In this document: piece after piece, positions 24,233 to 35,898 of the stretch | Layout of the letters: each line of letters starts with the position of its first letter | Numbering within the stretch: the first letter of the stretch is position 1 | From: an uncultured Gammaproteobacteria bacterium | GTDB lineage: Bacteria > Patescibacteriota > Patescibacteriia > UBA9934 | Length of the DNA: 64,000 nucleotides | NCBI GenBank assembly: GCA_964613815.1 | Contig: CAZTKG010000006.1 | Coordinates: 10,973-74,972 of the forward strand | Direction: 5' to 3' | Notes under the pieces: generated by a model | Databases searched by the model: none | What the model was told of the DNA's origin: nothing | Seen by the model: the letters and a program-made list of their open reading frames with translations, nothing else | Position numbers and translations under genes: made by a program

Positions 24233-26032
24233 TTATAGTCCTGCTATTCTTTGAATTTCTTCGATTGAAATGTGTCCTTCGTACGCCTTTAGGAGGCCGT
24301 CTTGAGTCATGGTGAGCATGCCTTGTTTTTGGGCAACTTCTTTCATGGCATATTCGGATACCTCGCCGGAGAGGATGAATTTTTCGATGTCGGCGTCTTT
24401 GATAAGGATTTCGTAGATTCCCATTCGGCCTTTGTATCCGGTGTTGTTGCACTTAGGGCAGCCTTTTGCTTTTTTGAATTGTGTTTTTGTGAGGTCTGGT
24501 GGGGTTTCGCCGGATGCTTCTGGGATTGTAGTGAGGAGTTCGGTGATTTTTTTCATGACTTCGGCGTCTGGGGTGTCGGGTTCGCTACATTCTGCGCACA
24601 ATCTGCGCGCGAGGCGCTGTCCCATGATGACGTTGACGGCTGGAGCGAGGAGGAATGGTTTGACGCCCATGGCGTTGAATCGTGGGATGGCTCCGGAGGC
24701 GTCGTTTGTGTGGATGGTGGAGAGGAGGAGGTGACCGGTGAGGGCTGCTTGGATGGCTGTTTCCGCTGTTTCTAGGTCTCGGATCTCACCGACCATGACG
24801 ACGTCTGGGTCTTGGCGGAGAATGGAGCGGAGACCTTTGGCGAAGGTGTATTCTTTGGAGTGGTTTATTTGGCTTTGGTTGAGGCCTTCTACTTTGTATT
24901 CGATTGGGTCTTCTAGAGTGATGATTTTGGTTCCAGCGACGTTTAGTCTGGAAAGGATAGCGTATAGCGTTGTGGTTTTTCCGGATCCTGTTGGTCCGGT
25001 GGTGATGATCATGCCGTGTGGCTTTGAGAATTCTTTTTCTAGACGTTTGAAGGATGCTTCGCGGAATCCAAGGTCGGAGAAGTCTAAGGAGATAGAGTCT
25101 GGATTGAGGATACGCATGACAACAGATTCTCCCCAGGCGGTTGGGAGAGTGGAGGTACGGACGTCGATTTTTTTGCCTTCTGCGTTGATGGTGAATCGAC
25201 CGTCTTGTGGTTTGTCGAGGATGTTCATTTTGAGGCCGGCGACGAGCTTGATGCGGTTGATCATTTTTTTCCACTCGTCTTTGTTGATGGTTGTGATCTC
25301 TTGAAGCATGCCATCGACACGGAATCGCACAGTGATGCCTTTTTCTTCGGCTTCGATGTGGATGTCGGAGGTCTTTACTTTGAGCGCGGCGGCGATGACG
25401 ATGGCGATGATGTCTGTGGTGCTAGCGTCTTTGAGGACGCTGGCAATGTCTGCGAAGCTGTTGATTTTGTCTTGGAATTGTTTAAGTTCCTCTTCTGAGA
25501 TTTCTACGCCTTTTTTGATTTTTTGGATGCGCGGGAGTGTGGAGTAGAGTTTTTTTCCATGTTCTAAACTGTCCTCGGTGATTTGGTAGATTGATCCGTG
25601 TGCCTTGTTACGTTCTGTGAGTTGAAAGAGAAGGTCTTTGATTTCTTGTTTTTGTGGTTCTACAGCGCCAATTCGGATTTCTGGTCCAGTAAAAAGAAAA
25701 CAAATGACTTGTTGTTTTTTGGCGACCATGAATGGAATTTGCGAAAGGGCGTCTGCGGAGATTGGGTACCCTTTGAGGTCGATATATTCGAAGCCGGATG
25801 TTTTTGCTTTGACTTCTGTTTCTTTTTCTTTGCTTGATCGAGTGATGTTTTGCAATTTTGTATCAAGTTCCTCGGTGACGGATGCTTTTGGCGGCGTAGA
25901 TGCTTTTGGTTTGCTTGGTTGTTTGGGAGGGGCTGGCTGTGCGGGTGCTGATGTTGCCTGCTTTTTTTTGAGGAGGTCTTCGATGGATGGGAGTGCGTCT
26001 GACATAGGTTGGGTTACTTGCGTGTGAGCCAT
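24233..26032 (-). CDS. pilB: type IV pilus / type II secretion assembly ATPase
   Basis: Walker A GPTGSGKTT, an Asp box and His box, CxxC...CxxC tetracysteine (CAEC...CPKC), and a GspE N-terminal domain. Confidence 0.85.
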   Translation of the reverse strand: MAHTQVTQPMSDALPSIEDLLKKKQATSAPAQPAPPKQPSKPKASTPPKASVTEELDTKLQNITRSSKEKETEVKAKTSGFEYIDLKGYPISADALSQIPFMVAKKQQVICFLFTGPEIRIGAVEPQKQEIKDLLFQLTERNKAHGSIYQITEDSLEHGKKLYSTLPRIQKIKKGVEISEEELKQFQDKINSFADIASVLKDASTTDIIAIVIAAALKVKTSDIHIEAEEKGITVRFRVDGMLQEITTINKDEWKKMINRIKLVAGLKMNILDKPQDGRFTINAEGKKIDVRTSTLPTAWGESVVMRILNPDSISLDFSDLGFREASFKRLEKEFSKPHGMIITTGPTGSGKTTTLYAILSRLNVAGTKIITLEDPIEYKVEGLNQSQINHSKEYTFAKGLRSILRQDPDVVMVGEIRDLETAETAIQAALTGHLLLSTIHTNDASGAIPRFNAMGVKPFLLAPAVNVIMGQRLARRLCAECSEPDTPDAEVMKKITELLTTIPEASGETPPDLTKTQFKKAKGCPKCNNTGYKGRMGIYEILIKDADIEKFILSGEVSEYAMKEVAQKQGMLTMTQDGLLKAYEGHISIEEIQRIAGL

Positions 26033-26997
26033 TTTAGGACTGCTTGCGTTCCGGCTGTGATGCCGTATTGGTTGATTCGTTTGTATAGGTTAACCCAAAC
26101 GGCGTAATTGTACGAGGTGATGAGTCCGATTCCTGCTAAGTAGACGAGGGCTCCGGCGAATGTACTGAGAATGCCGACAGCGACTGATGCTGGCCAGATG
26201 TTTGCGTGTAGCGCTGCGAAGAATGCTGCTGCGGATGGGAGGGCGAGTAGGGCGATGATGAGGGCGAGCGCGAGGAAGAGGATGATGTTTGCGACGAGAA
26301 GGAAGAGGCCGGTTTCCGTGCAGGCGACCCAGTGTGATTTGAATAAATTTGTCGCGTGTTTGATGGCGGTTGTGAGGGGTTTTTCTTTGAGGACGACGGT
26401 AATGAGGGAGAGGGCACCGATGAGATTGATTGTGATGAGGATTGGAATTGAGGTTGCAAAAATGGCGGTGTAGATGAGGCTTGTTGCGGCGGATGTTGTA
26501 CTGATGAAATAGATGGTGATGAGGGCTGCTCCGAGGGTGGTGATTGTGGTGAGGAGGTAGGTGAGAATGTTTATGGTGAGCATTCTGATGACGTGGATGT
26601 GTTTTAGGTTGCTGAGAATTTTTTGAAAAGATGTCTTTGTTGGGTGTTTTTTTGCTCTTGCGACTCCGGTGATGAGGAGTTGCTGTGCGGCGATACCTGC
26701 GCCGGCGATGACGATGGCGAGGATCGTGATAGCTGAAAGGGTGATGATGAGGTTCGAGGTTTGTAGGGTTGAGAGATTCTGGAGGTAGATCGTGGTCCAA
26801 TTTTGATTTGCGATGTTTGAAATTGTGCCTCCGTTTATGATGCTGAGCTGTGAAATTATGGCGTGAAAAATACTTCCGCCGGATAGGGGGATGGAAGCGA
26901 TTGCTCCGATGAGCCAAAGTTCTTTGTGGTTCCATGCGGTTTGCCAAGATGTTTTGAAGATCTTTTTGTAGCTTGCGGCGGATTTACGGATTGGCAT
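26014..26997 (-). CDS. polytopic integral membrane protein (hypothetical)
   Basis: 327 aa with at least 7 hydrophobic helices. It overlaps the pilB start and is followed by a bidirectional terminator at 27010-27050. Confidence 0.55.
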   Translation of the reverse strand: MPIRKSAASYKKIFKTSWQTAWNHKELWLIGAIASIPLSGGSIFHAIISQLSIINGGTISNIANQNWTTIYLQNLSTLQTSNLIITLSAITILAIVIAGAGIAAQQLLITGVARAKKHPTKTSFQKILSNLKHIHVIRMLTINILTYLLTTITTLGAALITIYFISTTSAATSLIYTAIFATSIPILITINLIGALSLITVVLKEKPLTTAIKHATNLFKSHWVACTETGLFLLVANIILFLALALIIALLALPSAAAFFAALHANIWPASVAVGILSTFAGALVYLAGIGLITSYNYAVWVNLYKRINQYGITAGTQAVLKWLTRK

Positions 26998-27052
26998 ATG
27001 CGTGGATTATATCATGTGATTTTAAAACACCGCCTTTTGGGCGGTGTTTTAA

Positions 27053-28900
27053 TTATGCCGGTTGAATTTCTAGCTTTGGTGCCTTTTTGGGCTCTCCTGC
27101 AATTTCTTCGAATTCTTCTTTTTCGATTGTTTCTTTTTCGAGTAGATGCTTTACAATTTTTTCCAGCATGGGTCGGTTTTTTGTGATGACTTCTTTTGCT
27201 GTTTTGAATGCTGCTTCGACAAGGGATGAGATTTCTGTGTCGATGTCTTGCGCGGTTTGTTCTGAGTAGTCGCGTTTTTCTCGGATTTCTTTTCCGAGGA
27301 AGACCATGTCGTCACGTTGACCGAATGTTCTTGGGCCGAGTTTTTCGCTCATGCCGAAGCGCGTTACGAGGTTGCGAGCGAGTTTTGTTGCGCGTTCTAG
27401 ATCGTTCGATGCACCGGTGGTAATGTCGCCGAAGATGAGTTTTTCTGCGGCGTATCCTCCGAGCATCATAGCCATTTCGTCTAGGAACTCTGCGCGGAAT
27501 TGCATTTTTTTGTCTTCGTCGGGAAGGCTCATGGTGTAGCCAGCTGCTTGGCCGCGGGAGATGATGGAGATTTTGTGTACTTCATCTGCGTGCGGGAGCA
27601 TGTGACCGACGAGGGCGTGGCCTGCTTCGTGGTAGGCGGTGATTTTTTTCTCGTCTTTTGAGAGGATGTGTGATTTTCGTTCTGGGCCAAGCATGACTTT
27701 TTCGATGGCTTCGAGCATGTCGTGTTGTTCAACCTTTTTGCGATTGTCCCGTGCGGCGAGGATTGCGGCCTCATTCATGACGTTCATGATGTCGGCGCCG
27801 GAGAATCCAATGGTGCGTTGCGCGATGCGTTTGAGATTGATTTCTTTCGCGAGTGGCTTGTTCTTCGCGTGGATTTCTAGGATTTCCTGTCGATCTTTTA
27901 GCGATGGGAGTCCTAGGATCACGCGGCGGTCGAATCGGCCTGGGCGGAGGAGGGCAGGGTCTAGGACATCTGGGCGGTTTGTTGCTGCAATGACGATGAC
28001 GCCTAGGTTTGGATCGAATCCGTCCATTTCTACCAAGATTTGGTTGAGGGTTTGTTCGCGTTCGTCGTGGCCTCCGCCGAGTCCTGCTCCGCGTTGGCGT
28101 CCGACGGCATCAATTTCGTCGATGAAGATGATGCATGGGGCGGATTTTTTTGCTTTGGCGAAGAGGTCTCGTACGCGAGAAGCTCCGACTCCGACGAACA
28201 TCTCTACGAATTCTGAGCCGGAGATGTGGTAGAAGGGGGCGTTTGCTTCGCCCGCAACGGCTCTAGCCATGAGCGTCTTTCCGGTTCCTGGAGGACCCAT
28301 GAGAAGGACACCTTTTGGAATTTTGGCTCCGACTTCTGCGTATTTTTTGGGCGATTTGAGAAAGTCGACGACTTCGAAGAGTTCTTCTTTAGCTTCCTTT
28401 GCTCCGGCGACTTCTTTGAAGGTAACCTTGTTCTTTTTGTTTGAGACTTCGCGTGCTTTTGATTGTCCGAATGTGAGAGCGCGGTTGTTTGCGCCCTGCA
28501 TCTGACGAACGATGAACCAGAAGATGATGAGGAACCCGATGAGGAAGATGACTGTTGGTAGTAGCGTTCGTAATAGGGTTACGCCGATTCCTGGTTCGGT
28601 TACTTCGATTTGTAGGCTCGCTAGTTCTTCTGTGGTTACTCCGTAGTTTGTGAGGAGTTCGGAAAGGGATTCGCCGGCTTCTTTTTTTGCCGTGAATTCT
28701 GTTCCGTCTGCTGCGATGATTGCGAGCGTGTCTTCTTTGACCTCGATTGATTCAATTTCGCTGGCTCGGATTTTTTCTACAACTTCAGATGTTGCAATGA
28801 CTTCTGGTTTGTCGTCAGTGATGTTGTAGTTGGAGAAAATGATTCCGGCGGCGAGAATGACGAGGATGAAGACGATGATGTTTTTTGACAACGGCTTCAT
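27053..28900 (-). CDS. ftsH: ATP-dependent zinc metalloprotease FtsH
   Basis: N-terminal TM helices, AAA motifs [18 protein letters not shown] and [11 protein letters not shown], and the HEAGHAL zinc site. Confidence 0.9.
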   Translation of the reverse strand: MKPLSKNIIVFILVILAAGIIFSNYNITDDKPEVIATSEVVEKIRASEIESIEVKEDTLAIIAADGTEFTAKKEAGESLSELLTNYGVTTEELASLQIEVTEPGIGVTLLRTLLPTVIFLIGFLIIFWFIVRQMQGANNRALTFGQSKAREVSNKKNKVTFKEVAGAKEAKEELFEVVDFLKSPKKYAEVGAKIPKGVLLMGPPGTGKTLMARAVAGEANAPFYHISGSEFVEMFVGVGASRVRDLFAKAKKSAPCIIFIDEIDAVGRQRGAGLGGGHDEREQTLNQILVEMDGFDPNLGVIVIAATNRPDVLDPALLRPGRFDRRVILGLPSLKDRQEILEIHAKNKPLAKEINLKRIAQRTIGFSGADIMNVMNEAAILAARDNRKKVEQHDMLEAIEKVMLGPERKSHILSKDEKKITAYHEAGHALVGHMLPHADEVHKISIISRGQAAGYTMSLPDEDKKMQFRAEFLDEMAMMLGGYAAEKLIFGDITTGASNDLERATKLARNLVTRFGMSEKLGPRTFGQRDDMVFLGKEIREKRDYSEQTAQDIDTEISSLVEAAFKTAKEVITKNRPMLEKIVKHLLEKETIEKEEFEEIAGEPKKAPKLEIQPA

Positions 28901-28909
28901 AGGTGTGGG

Positions 28910-30208
28910 CTATGACGCTGGAGCGTCTGTTGTTTCTGATGAGGTTTCAGTTGATTCTGATTCGGTTTCTGGCGTTGTTTCGTTTGTTGTTTCTGATGGT
29001 GTCTCTGCTGTTGGCGGGGTTTCTGTTTGTGTTTCCTCTGTCGCTGGCGCAGGTGTTTCTTCTGGAGTTTCTTTTGTTGGTGTTGTTTTTGGTGCGCTGT
29101 CTTTGAGTGCCTTTAGTGAGAGGCCGAGTCGGTGTTCTTTTGGTTCGATGGAGACGATTTTGAATTTTACAACATCGCCAACTTGACCGAGTTTGAAGAC
29201 GTTCTCGACTGGTTTTTCTGAGAGTTCAGAAACGTGTGCAAGACCGTGAATGTCTTGGTCGAGCTCAACGAAGAATCCGAATGGATTGATTTTGAGGATT
29301 TTTCCTTCCACGGTGTCTCCGACTTTGTATTTCTTTTCGACGCCGGTCCATGGGTCTTCGATGAGTTTTTTGATAGATAGGAAGATTTTGCTTCCTTCGA
29401 TGCCGATGATTTCTGCTTTGACTTCTTGATCCATTTTGAGGATGTCTTTTGGATGGTCAATGCGTTGCCAGGCGATTTCTGAGATGTGTACGAGTCCTTC
29501 GAGGGATGTATTTGGATCTCCGCTCGGTTGGAATTTAATGAAGGCTCCGAAGTCTGCGAGGGCGGTGATTTTTCCTTCGATTTTGTCGCCAATGTGAATT
29601 TGTGAGATGACGTTTCGTTGTTCGCTTTCCCAGACGGCTTTTTCGCTGACGATGAGTTTTTCGTCTTGTTCATTGAGGTCGAGGATGCGGACGCGGAATG
29701 TGCTTCCAACGAATTTTTTAAGCTTTTCGAGGATTTTTTGTTTGTCACCTCCGCTTACGCGCGGGTAGTGTTCTGGAGCGAGTTGGGAAACTGGCAAGAA
29801 CCCAGAAATGAATGAAACTTTGACGATGAGTCCACCCTTGTTTGCGTCGAGCACGGTGGCTTCGATTGGATCGTTTTTTGAGAAGCTCTCTTTGAGGTTT
29901 TCCCAGGCTTTTCTGTTTCCTGCGTATCGGAATGAGAGCTCGACTTCGCCTTGTTCGTTTTCGAGATCGATGACGGTTGCTTCTACTTCGTCTCCTTCGC
30001 GGAGGTTTTGGTACATTGCTCCTTCTGCGAAGAGTTCTCGGCCTCGGACGACTCCTGTGGTCATACCTGAGAGGTCAACGCGGACTTCTCGGCCTTTTGT
30101 TGAAAGGATTTTTCCTGTGATGAGGTCACCTAGTTTTGGAATAACCAAAAAATCTCCTTCATCTAGGAGTTTTGCAAATTCTGACTGAATTGTCGTATCT
30201 TCTGACAT
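28910..30208 (-). CDS. rpsA: 30S ribosomal protein S1 with a Thr/Glu/Pro-rich C-terminal tail
   Basis: Four S1 repeats (GDLITGKIL..., GDEVEATVID..., GDKIEGKITAL..., GDTVEGKILK...). A promoter (TTGACA-17-TAACAT) lies at about 30285-30320. Confidence 0.85.
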   Translation of the reverse strand: MSEDTTIQSEFAKLLDEGDFLVIPKLGDLITGKILSTKGREVRVDLSGMTTGVVRGRELFAEGAMYQNLREGDEVEATVIDLENEQGEVELSFRYAGNRKAWENLKESFSKNDPIEATVLDANKGGLIVKVSFISGFLPVSQLAPEHYPRVSGGDKQKILEKLKKFVGSTFRVRILDLNEQDEKLIVSEKAVWESEQRNVISQIHIGDKIEGKITALADFGAFIKFQPSGDPNTSLEGLVHISEIAWQRIDHPKDILKMDQEVKAEIIGIEGSKIFLSIKKLIEDPWTGVEKKYKVGDTVEGKILKINPFGFFVELDQDIHGLAHVSELSEKPVENVFKLGQVGDVVKFKIVSIEPKEHRLGLSLKALKDSAPKTTPTKETPEETPAPATEETQTETPPTAETPSETTNETTPETESESTETSSETTDAPAS

Positions 30209-30361
30209 AAAAAAGTTCCGATCTGCGCAGTTAGCTCAAGGCTAGTGGGCAAATAGGCGCTAATAGTTAATGAGGGGATGTTATGAGATTTGGTGAGGAT
30301 TGTCAAGAGTGGTAGGGTTTTTTTGTTCTTTTGATGAGGTGAAGGCCTCGAGGAGTGTGTT

Positions 30362-31207
30362 ATGGATGTGATTTCTGTTCATCAGTTTAATGAAGCTGTT
30401 CTGGATGATGCCGTGCGTCGGGCTCGTGCCCGCGACGGTGTGCTTCTGGTGAATACGGGGGTGTGTGGAAGTGCGTTGATGTTCGAAGAGAGGGTTCGCA
30501 GGGCGAGCGTTCTTTGTTCTGACTATGATGGGACGGCGCATCCTGGGAATCATTGGGATGCATTTCGGGGGTTGATGACGGAGGAGGGGCGTGAGCGGAA
30601 TCGTCGTGATGCGTTGGCGTATTGGGCTGGTGATGATCGGTCTGATGAGGGGGAGCGGGCGTTTCTTTTTCGGAGTGTTCGGCTTATTGTTGAGGCTGCT
30701 CCGATGGAGGCTCAGGTGGAAGATGTTGTTGATTTTGTTCCTCGTCCTGGCATTGTCGATTTTGCTCGTACGTTTGGTCCGAATGGGTTTGCGAGTGTGA
30801 GTTATGGGCTGTATGATGCTCAGTTTATGAGTTGGACTCGGTGGCTTGGGGTTTCGAAGGTGAATGCCTATGGTGTGCAGCTTTTGTACACGCCTTATTT
30901 TTCCGGCAGGCGGGTTTCGAGTATGGATTGTCTTTTGGCTGCTACAAGTCGTGATAAGGGTACGTGTCTTCGGCGATTTTGTCAGACGGTTGGGGTTGAT
31001 CCGCGTTTTGCACTTGCGTTTGGTGATGCCGGTGGAGATGAATGGTTGTTTCGCGCGGCTGGGACGTCGGTGATGATTTATCCTCTGGATGATGAGAATC
31101 CGGATCGGGTTGCTGCGAGGCGGCGGGCGCTTCCTCGGTTGTGGCCGCATGTTGATGCGGTGCTTGTGGGGAATTCTTGGGAGGGGATTGCTGCGATGCG
31201 GCAATGA
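30362..31207 (+). CDS. hypothetical protein, possibly HAD-like
   Basis: A weak HAD motif-IV-like block LAFGDAGGDEW. Otherwise no motif recognised. Confidence 0.4.
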   Translation: MDVISVHQFNEAVLDDAVRRARARDGVLLVNTGVCGSALMFEERVRRASVLCSDYDGTAHPGNHWDAFRGLMTEEGRERNRRDALAYWAGDDRSDEGERAFLFRSVRLIVEAAPMEAQVEDVVDFVPRPGIVDFARTFGPNGFASVSYGLYDAQFMSWTRWLGVSKVNAYGVQLLYTPYFSGRRVSSMDCLLAATSRDKGTCLRRFCQTVGVDPRFALAFGDAGGDEWLFRAAGTSVMIYPLDDENPDRVAARRRALPRLWPHVDAVLVGNSWEGIAAMRQ

Positions 31208-31258
31208 CGTGACTGGGTCTTTGGGCCTGGTTTTTTGTTTGTGATAAGATCGAGATAT

Positions 31259-31948
31259 ATGTCACATCCACATCAATCGTTTTTGGACGAGTTTCAGATT
31301 GCTATCGATAAAATGGTTCCGCTTACTCCGCCGGAGTTTGTGGAGGAGGCGAAGAAGTTGCACGCGGAATTGTCTGCGGAAGAGGGGACGAGTGAGAAGC
31401 AGATTCATCAGGCGCTTAGTGTGATTGGGCGGAAGGAATTTCCTTATCGGAAGGCTTATCATGAGATTTGTGCGGGGGATGAGGAGCAGCGGTTGCAGGT
31501 TGCTGTGTTTGAGCGGCTTGAGGATGACTTGAAGAAGAAGGTTGAGGAGTTGACGAAGCATGGGGTGGCTTTGGATCATTTGGTTGAGAGTAAGTTATTT
31601 GAGGAGCAGTTTGAGGGGACGGAGCGGTATCAGATTGAACAGGCGATTTTGATGAGTGAAGAAGTTATTGATAGTCAGTGTGATGACAGGGCGAAGAATC
31701 GGAATGCGCAGTTTGGGGATCTTGTAGAGAAGTGGAAGACGGAGGTTGATCGGTTACAGGGGATGATTGATCGGTTGCGCGCGATGGGGGATGAGGATGC
31801 GAAATGGACGGCGGAGATTCGGGGGAGTGCGGATCGGCTGGAAGAGGGGTGGAGCGTTGTTGAGCGAGATCCGGGCGAAGAGGAAATTGTAAAAGAGATT
31901 GAGTATTGGACGACGGTGCTTCATGAGGGGGAGGATGATGCGGTTTAG
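31259..31948 (+). CDS. hypothetical alpha-helical protein
   Basis: ORF with an internal ATG start (MSHPHQSF). It is charged and helical. Confidence 0.45.
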   Translation: MSHPHQSFLDEFQIAIDKMVPLTPPEFVEEAKKLHAELSAEEGTSEKQIHQALSVIGRKEFPYRKAYHEICAGDEEQRLQVAVFERLEDDLKKKVEELTKHGVALDHLVESKLFEEQFEGTERYQIEQAILMSEEVIDSQCDDRAKNRNAQFGDLVEKWKTEVDRLQGMIDRLRAMGDEDAKWTAEIRGSADRLEEGWSVVERDPGEEEIVKEIEYWTTVLHEGEDDAV

Positions 31949-32014
31949 GTTTGGTGGATGATCGCGTTGTTTTGGATTGGGTGACGTGTTAAGATTCTGA
32001 CGAACAATGATTTT

Positions 32015-32644
32015 ATGCTTCAGATTATTTCTCACGGTTTTGGGTGTTTTTGGATGCAGATTAAGACTGCTTCTGGGGAGGTTTCGCTTGTTACGGATCC
32101 TTATAAGTCAGAAAAAGGGGCTAATTTTCCTAAATCTTTGAGCGCTTCTTTGATTGTGCGGTCGCATGAGGGGGGTGAGACACAAAATGTTTCAGGGGTG
32201 CAGTCTGAGCAGGAGGGGGTAAAGCCGTTTGTTGTGGATCATGCTGGAGAATATGAAGTTCAGGGGATGTTTGTGCGAGGTGTGACGGTTGGGAAAAAGG
32301 GGGATGCGATTTATCGGCTTGGGCTTGGTGATTTTTCTGTGGTGTTTTTTGGGGCTTGGAGCGGCGTGCTTACAGATAAGCAAGTTGAGGCGCTTGGTGT
32401 TGTTGATGTGATGGTTGTGCCCGTTGGAGGGAAGGATGGATTGACGGTTGATGCGGCACGGAGCTTGACGCAGCAAGTTGAGCCGCGGATTGTGGTTCCG
32501 TTTATGTATTCTGGCGATAAGGGTGCAAAGGAGATTGAAGCGTTTTGCAAAGAGCTTGCAAGTCCGGTTGAAGAGGTTTCTAAGATGAAGATAAAAAAGA
32601 GCGCACTTCCACAGGATGGGATGCAAGTTTATGTGCTTTCTTAG
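32015..32644 (+). CDS. MBL-fold metal-dependent hydrolase (UPF0173-like)
   Basis: MLQIISHGFGCFWMQIK...LVTDPY, then HAGEYE, matching the beta-lactamase-fold N-terminal pattern (MKITWLGHACF-like). Confidence 0.5.
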   Translation: MLQIISHGFGCFWMQIKTASGEVSLVTDPYKSEKGANFPKSLSASLIVRSHEGGETQNVSGVQSEQEGVKPFVVDHAGEYEVQGMFVRGVTVGKKGDAIYRLGLGDFSVVFFGAWSGVLTDKQVEALGVVDVMVVPVGGKDGLTVDAARSLTQQVEPRIVVPFMYSGDKGAKEIEAFCKELASPVEEVSKMKIKKSALPQDGMQVYVLS

Positions 32645-32647
32645 GGT

Positions 32648-33199
32648 ATGAAGATTACTCGACCGTCACAGCGTAAGCATCGAGGATTGTTTTTTGGCGC
32701 GCTTGCTGTTGGGGTGGTTGTGTTGTTTGGGATTTGGGGGTTTCAGATTTTGGTCATGGTGGAAGGTAATGCGGAGCGTATGGCTGGGCGTGAGAAGTTG
32801 AGTGAAACGATTGAAGCTGGGCAGGATTATGCGGAGGAGCTTCGGGAGTTGACGCCTCAGCTCGATGGAGATGTGCAGAATTTTGTTTCTGGGATTTCGA
32901 ATTTGTTTTTTGCGGCTGAGGTGAGTGAGGCTGAGGCGGAAGCTGTTGCTGGAGGGGTTGTGGAGGCGCTTTTGGCTGATTTGGACGAGGAGGACGTAAA
33001 GAGCGATGACGCTCCACGTCCCGAGGGGGAAGTTGAAGGCGTTGATTCCGGAGATGAGGAGGGGGGAGATGGGAGTATTGATGGCGGAGGTGATGATCGG
33101 AGTTTGATTTATGCTGAGACTGATGTGGCTGAAGGGGATTTCTCCAGCAAGGTCGAGATGACAGAAGGAGGGGGTGAAGGTGAGGATGTTCGTTTTTAA
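32648..33199 (+). CDS. membrane-anchored acidic hypothetical protein
   Basis: N-terminal TM helix followed by an extremely acidic and Gly-rich sequence. Confidence 0.45.
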   Translation: MKITRPSQRKHRGLFFGALAVGVVVLFGIWGFQILVMVEGNAERMAGREKLSETIEAGQDYAEELRELTPQLDGDVQNFVSGISNLFFAAEVSEAEAEAVAGGVVEALLADLDEEDVKSDDAPRPEGEVEGVDSGDEEGGDGSIDGGGDDRSLIYAETDVAEGDFSSKVEMTEGGGEGEDVRF

Positions 33200-33208
33200 T
33201 GATTTATA

Positions 33209-35803
33209 TTGCATATGGCGAAGAAGAAGGGTGCTGGTGATGAGAAGTTGCCGCTTGTGAAAGAAAATATTATTTCTCAGCCGATGGTTGAGGAAATGAA
33301 ACGGTCCTATCTTGATTATGCGATGAGCGTGATTGTTTCGCGTGCGCTTCCGGATGTTCGTGATGGATTGAAGCCTGTACATCGTCGTATTTTGTATGCG
33401 ATGTGGACGATTGGGCTTCGCTCTACGGCGAAGTTTCGGAAGTCGGCGAATGTGGTTGGAGAGGTGATGGCGAAATATCACCCTCATGGTGATAGCGCGA
33501 TTTATGATGCGATGGTTCGTATGGCGCAGGACTTTAGTTTTCGTCATCCGCTTGTGCGCGGGCAGGGGAACTTTGGGTCCATGGATGGTGATGGTGCTGC
33601 GGCGATGCGTTATACGGAGGCGAAGCTTGAGCTCATCGCAGAAAGTTTGCTTTTGGATATTGAGAAGAAGACGGTTGATTTTCGACCGAACTATGATGAG
33701 AGTCACAAGGAGCCAAGTGTTTTACCTGCGAAATTGCCGAATTTGCTTTTGAACGGGACGCTTGGAATTGCGGTTGGAATGGCGACGAATATTCCTCCGC
33801 ATAATCTTGGAGAGCTTTGTGCTGCTATTTTGCTTTTACTTGATAAGCCGGATGCGACACTTGCGGAGCTTTTGGAGCATGTGAAGGGGCCGGATTTCCC
33901 GACCGGAGCGATTGTGTATGGAGCGAAAGATTTGGAGCAGGCGTATGCGACTGGGCGTGGAGGGATTGTGGTGCGGGCGAAGGCGGATATTGAGGAGCGC
34001 AAGAAGGGTGGGCATCAGATTGTGGTTACGGAGGTGCCGTACATGGTGAATAAGGCTTCGATGCTTGAGAAAATCGCGCTTTTGGTTCGGGAGAAGAAGT
34101 TGGAGGGGATTCGGGATTTGCGGGATGAAAGTAACAAGGATGGTGTACGCGTTGTGATTGAGCTTAAAAAGGATGCATATCCGAAGAAGGTGTTGAATCG
34201 GTTATATCAGGCGACGCAATTGCAGACATCGTTTCATTTTAATATGGTTGCGCTTGTTGAAGGGGGAATGCAACCACGGATTTTGGGGTTGAAAGATATT
34301 TTGGTTGAGTACGTAAAGCATCGGGAAGAAGTTGTTCGTCGTCGGACGGAGTTTGAGCTTGAGAAGGCTCGAGAGCGCGCGCATATTTTGGAGGGGTTGA
34401 AAATTGCGCTTGAGAATATTGATAAGATTATTGCGACCATTAAGAAATCGAAAGATAAAGAAGAGGCTCGAGAGAATTTGATGAAGAAATTTAAGCTCAG
34501 TGAACGGCAGGCGATTGCGATTTTGGACATGCGATTGCAGAGTCTTGCGAATTTGGAGCAGTTGAAAATTGAGCAGGAGTATGAGGAGAAGATGAAGTTG
34601 ATTCGGGCGCTTGAGGCGATTTTGAAATCTCGTGCGAAGATGATGTCTGTGATTCGGGAGGAGATTGAGGAAATTCGGGATCGGTTTAGTGAAGATCGGC
34701 GCACGAAGATTGTGAAGAGTGGGATTAAGGAGTTTTCTATTGAGGATGTTATTCCTGATACGCAGACGATTGTGATGATGACTCGTGATGGGTACATTAA
34801 GCGTTTGAGTCCGGATACGTTCCGAAAGCAGGTGCGTGGAGGGAAGGGAGTTGCTGGTTTGACGACAAAGGAGGCGGATAGTGTTGAGTCGATGTTTGCG
34901 GCGACGACGCATCAGGATATTTTGTTCTTTACGTCTCGTGGACGCGTGTTTAAGTTGAAGGTTTATGAGATTCCAGAGGCGAGTCGGACGGCAAAGGGGC
35001 AGGCGATTGTGAATTTTTTACAGCTTGCGCCTGGGGAGCGCGTGAATGCGACGATGCGTGGGCGTGATTTGGTGAATTCTGAATATATTTTGATGGTGAC
35101 TCGGAAGGGGCTCATGAAGAAGACGGCGGTTAAGGAATTTGCGAGTGTGCGGAAGAGTGGGCTTATTGCGATTAAGTTGAAAGATGGAGATGCGCTTGAG
35201 TGGGTGAAGTCTAGCAGTGGAGAGGATGAGGTGATGATTGTGACGAGTCTTGCTATGGCGATTCGATTTAGTGAGAAAGATGTGCGTCCAATGGGGCGTG
35301 TCGCGGCTGGTGTGCGCGGGATTAAGCTTCGCAGTGAGGATACGGTTGTTGGGATGACGGTTTTGACAAAGGAAGATATTGATGAGGATCGATCTTTGCT
35401 TGTGATCAGTCAGTTTGGATATGGAAAGCGAACGGCGTTTAAGGAATATAAGGTTCAGAATCGTGGAGGGATGGGGATTCGTACGAGTAAGTTGACGAGT
35501 AAGACGGGGAATTTGGTTTCTGCGAAGAAGGTGAGTAAGCGTGATTCTCGTGACCTTTTGGTGGTGAGTGAGGCTGGGCAGGTGATTCGGCTTGGAGTGA
35601 CGAGTATTTCGAAGCTTGGGCGTGCGACGCAAGGTGTGCGGGTGATGCGGTTTAAGAAGGCGGGCGATAGTGTGAGTAGCGTAGCGTTTGTGGAAAGTGA
35701 GCCGGAGATTGTGCCGGAGGATGTGCAGGCGGCGATTGATGATGGAGGTGGTGATGGGAAGAAGAAAGAAAAAGAGAAGGAGAAGAAGAAAGCGAAGAAG
35801 TAG
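33209..35803 (+). CDS. gyrA: DNA gyrase subunit A
   Basis: [28 protein letters not shown] (active-site Tyr region), GyrA-box-like repeats in the C-terminal domain, and a Lys/Glu tail. Confidence 0.92.
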   Translation: MHMAKKKGAGDEKLPLVKENIISQPMVEEMKRSYLDYAMSVIVSRALPDVRDGLKPVHRRILYAMWTIGLRSTAKFRKSANVVGEVMAKYHPHGDSAIYDAMVRMAQDFSFRHPLVRGQGNFGSMDGDGAAAMRYTEAKLELIAESLLLDIEKKTVDFRPNYDESHKEPSVLPAKLPNLLLNGTLGIAVGMATNIPPHNLGELCAAILLLLDKPDATLAELLEHVKGPDFPTGAIVYGAKDLEQAYATGRGGIVVRAKADIEERKKGGHQIVVTEVPYMVNKASMLEKIALLVREKKLEGIRDLRDESNKDGVRVVIELKKDAYPKKVLNRLYQATQLQTSFHFNMVALVEGGMQPRILGLKDILVEYVKHREEVVRRRTEFELEKARERAHILEGLKIALENIDKIIATIKKSKDKEEARENLMKKFKLSERQAIAILDMRLQSLANLEQLKIEQEYEEKMKLIRALEAILKSRAKMMSVIREEIEEIRDRFSEDRRTKIVKSGIKEFSIEDVIPDTQTIVMMTRDGYIKRLSPDTFRKQVRGGKGVAGLTTKEADSVESMFAATTHQDILFFTSRGRVFKLKVYEIPEASRTAKGQAIVNFLQLAPGERVNATMRGRDLVNSEYILMVTRKGLMKKTAVKEFASVRKSGLIAIKLKDGDALEWVKSSSGEDEVMIVTSLAMAIRFSEKDVRPMGRVAAGVRGIKLRSEDTVVGMTVLTKEDIDEDRSLLVISQFGYGKRTAFKEYKVQNRGGMGIRTSKLTSKTGNLVSAKKVSKRDSRDLLVVSEAGQVIRLGVTSISKLGRATQGVRVMRFKKAGDSVSSVAFVESEPEIVPEDVQAAIDDGGGDGKKKEKEKEKKKAKK

Positions 35804-35898
35804 ATTTGAAGCGGGGCGCGAGCCCTGTTTTGATTTGTGTAAAAAAAACTCCCCGTCGCTGCGCGAGCGACGGGGCAAGTCCTTGAGAGGGTGTGATG

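Noticed and set aside
24302-25304. Plus-strand ORFs of 157-188 aa inside the pilB region
   Set aside because: They are antisense to the well-supported pilB gene and have odd composition (Trp/Phe/Gly-rich).
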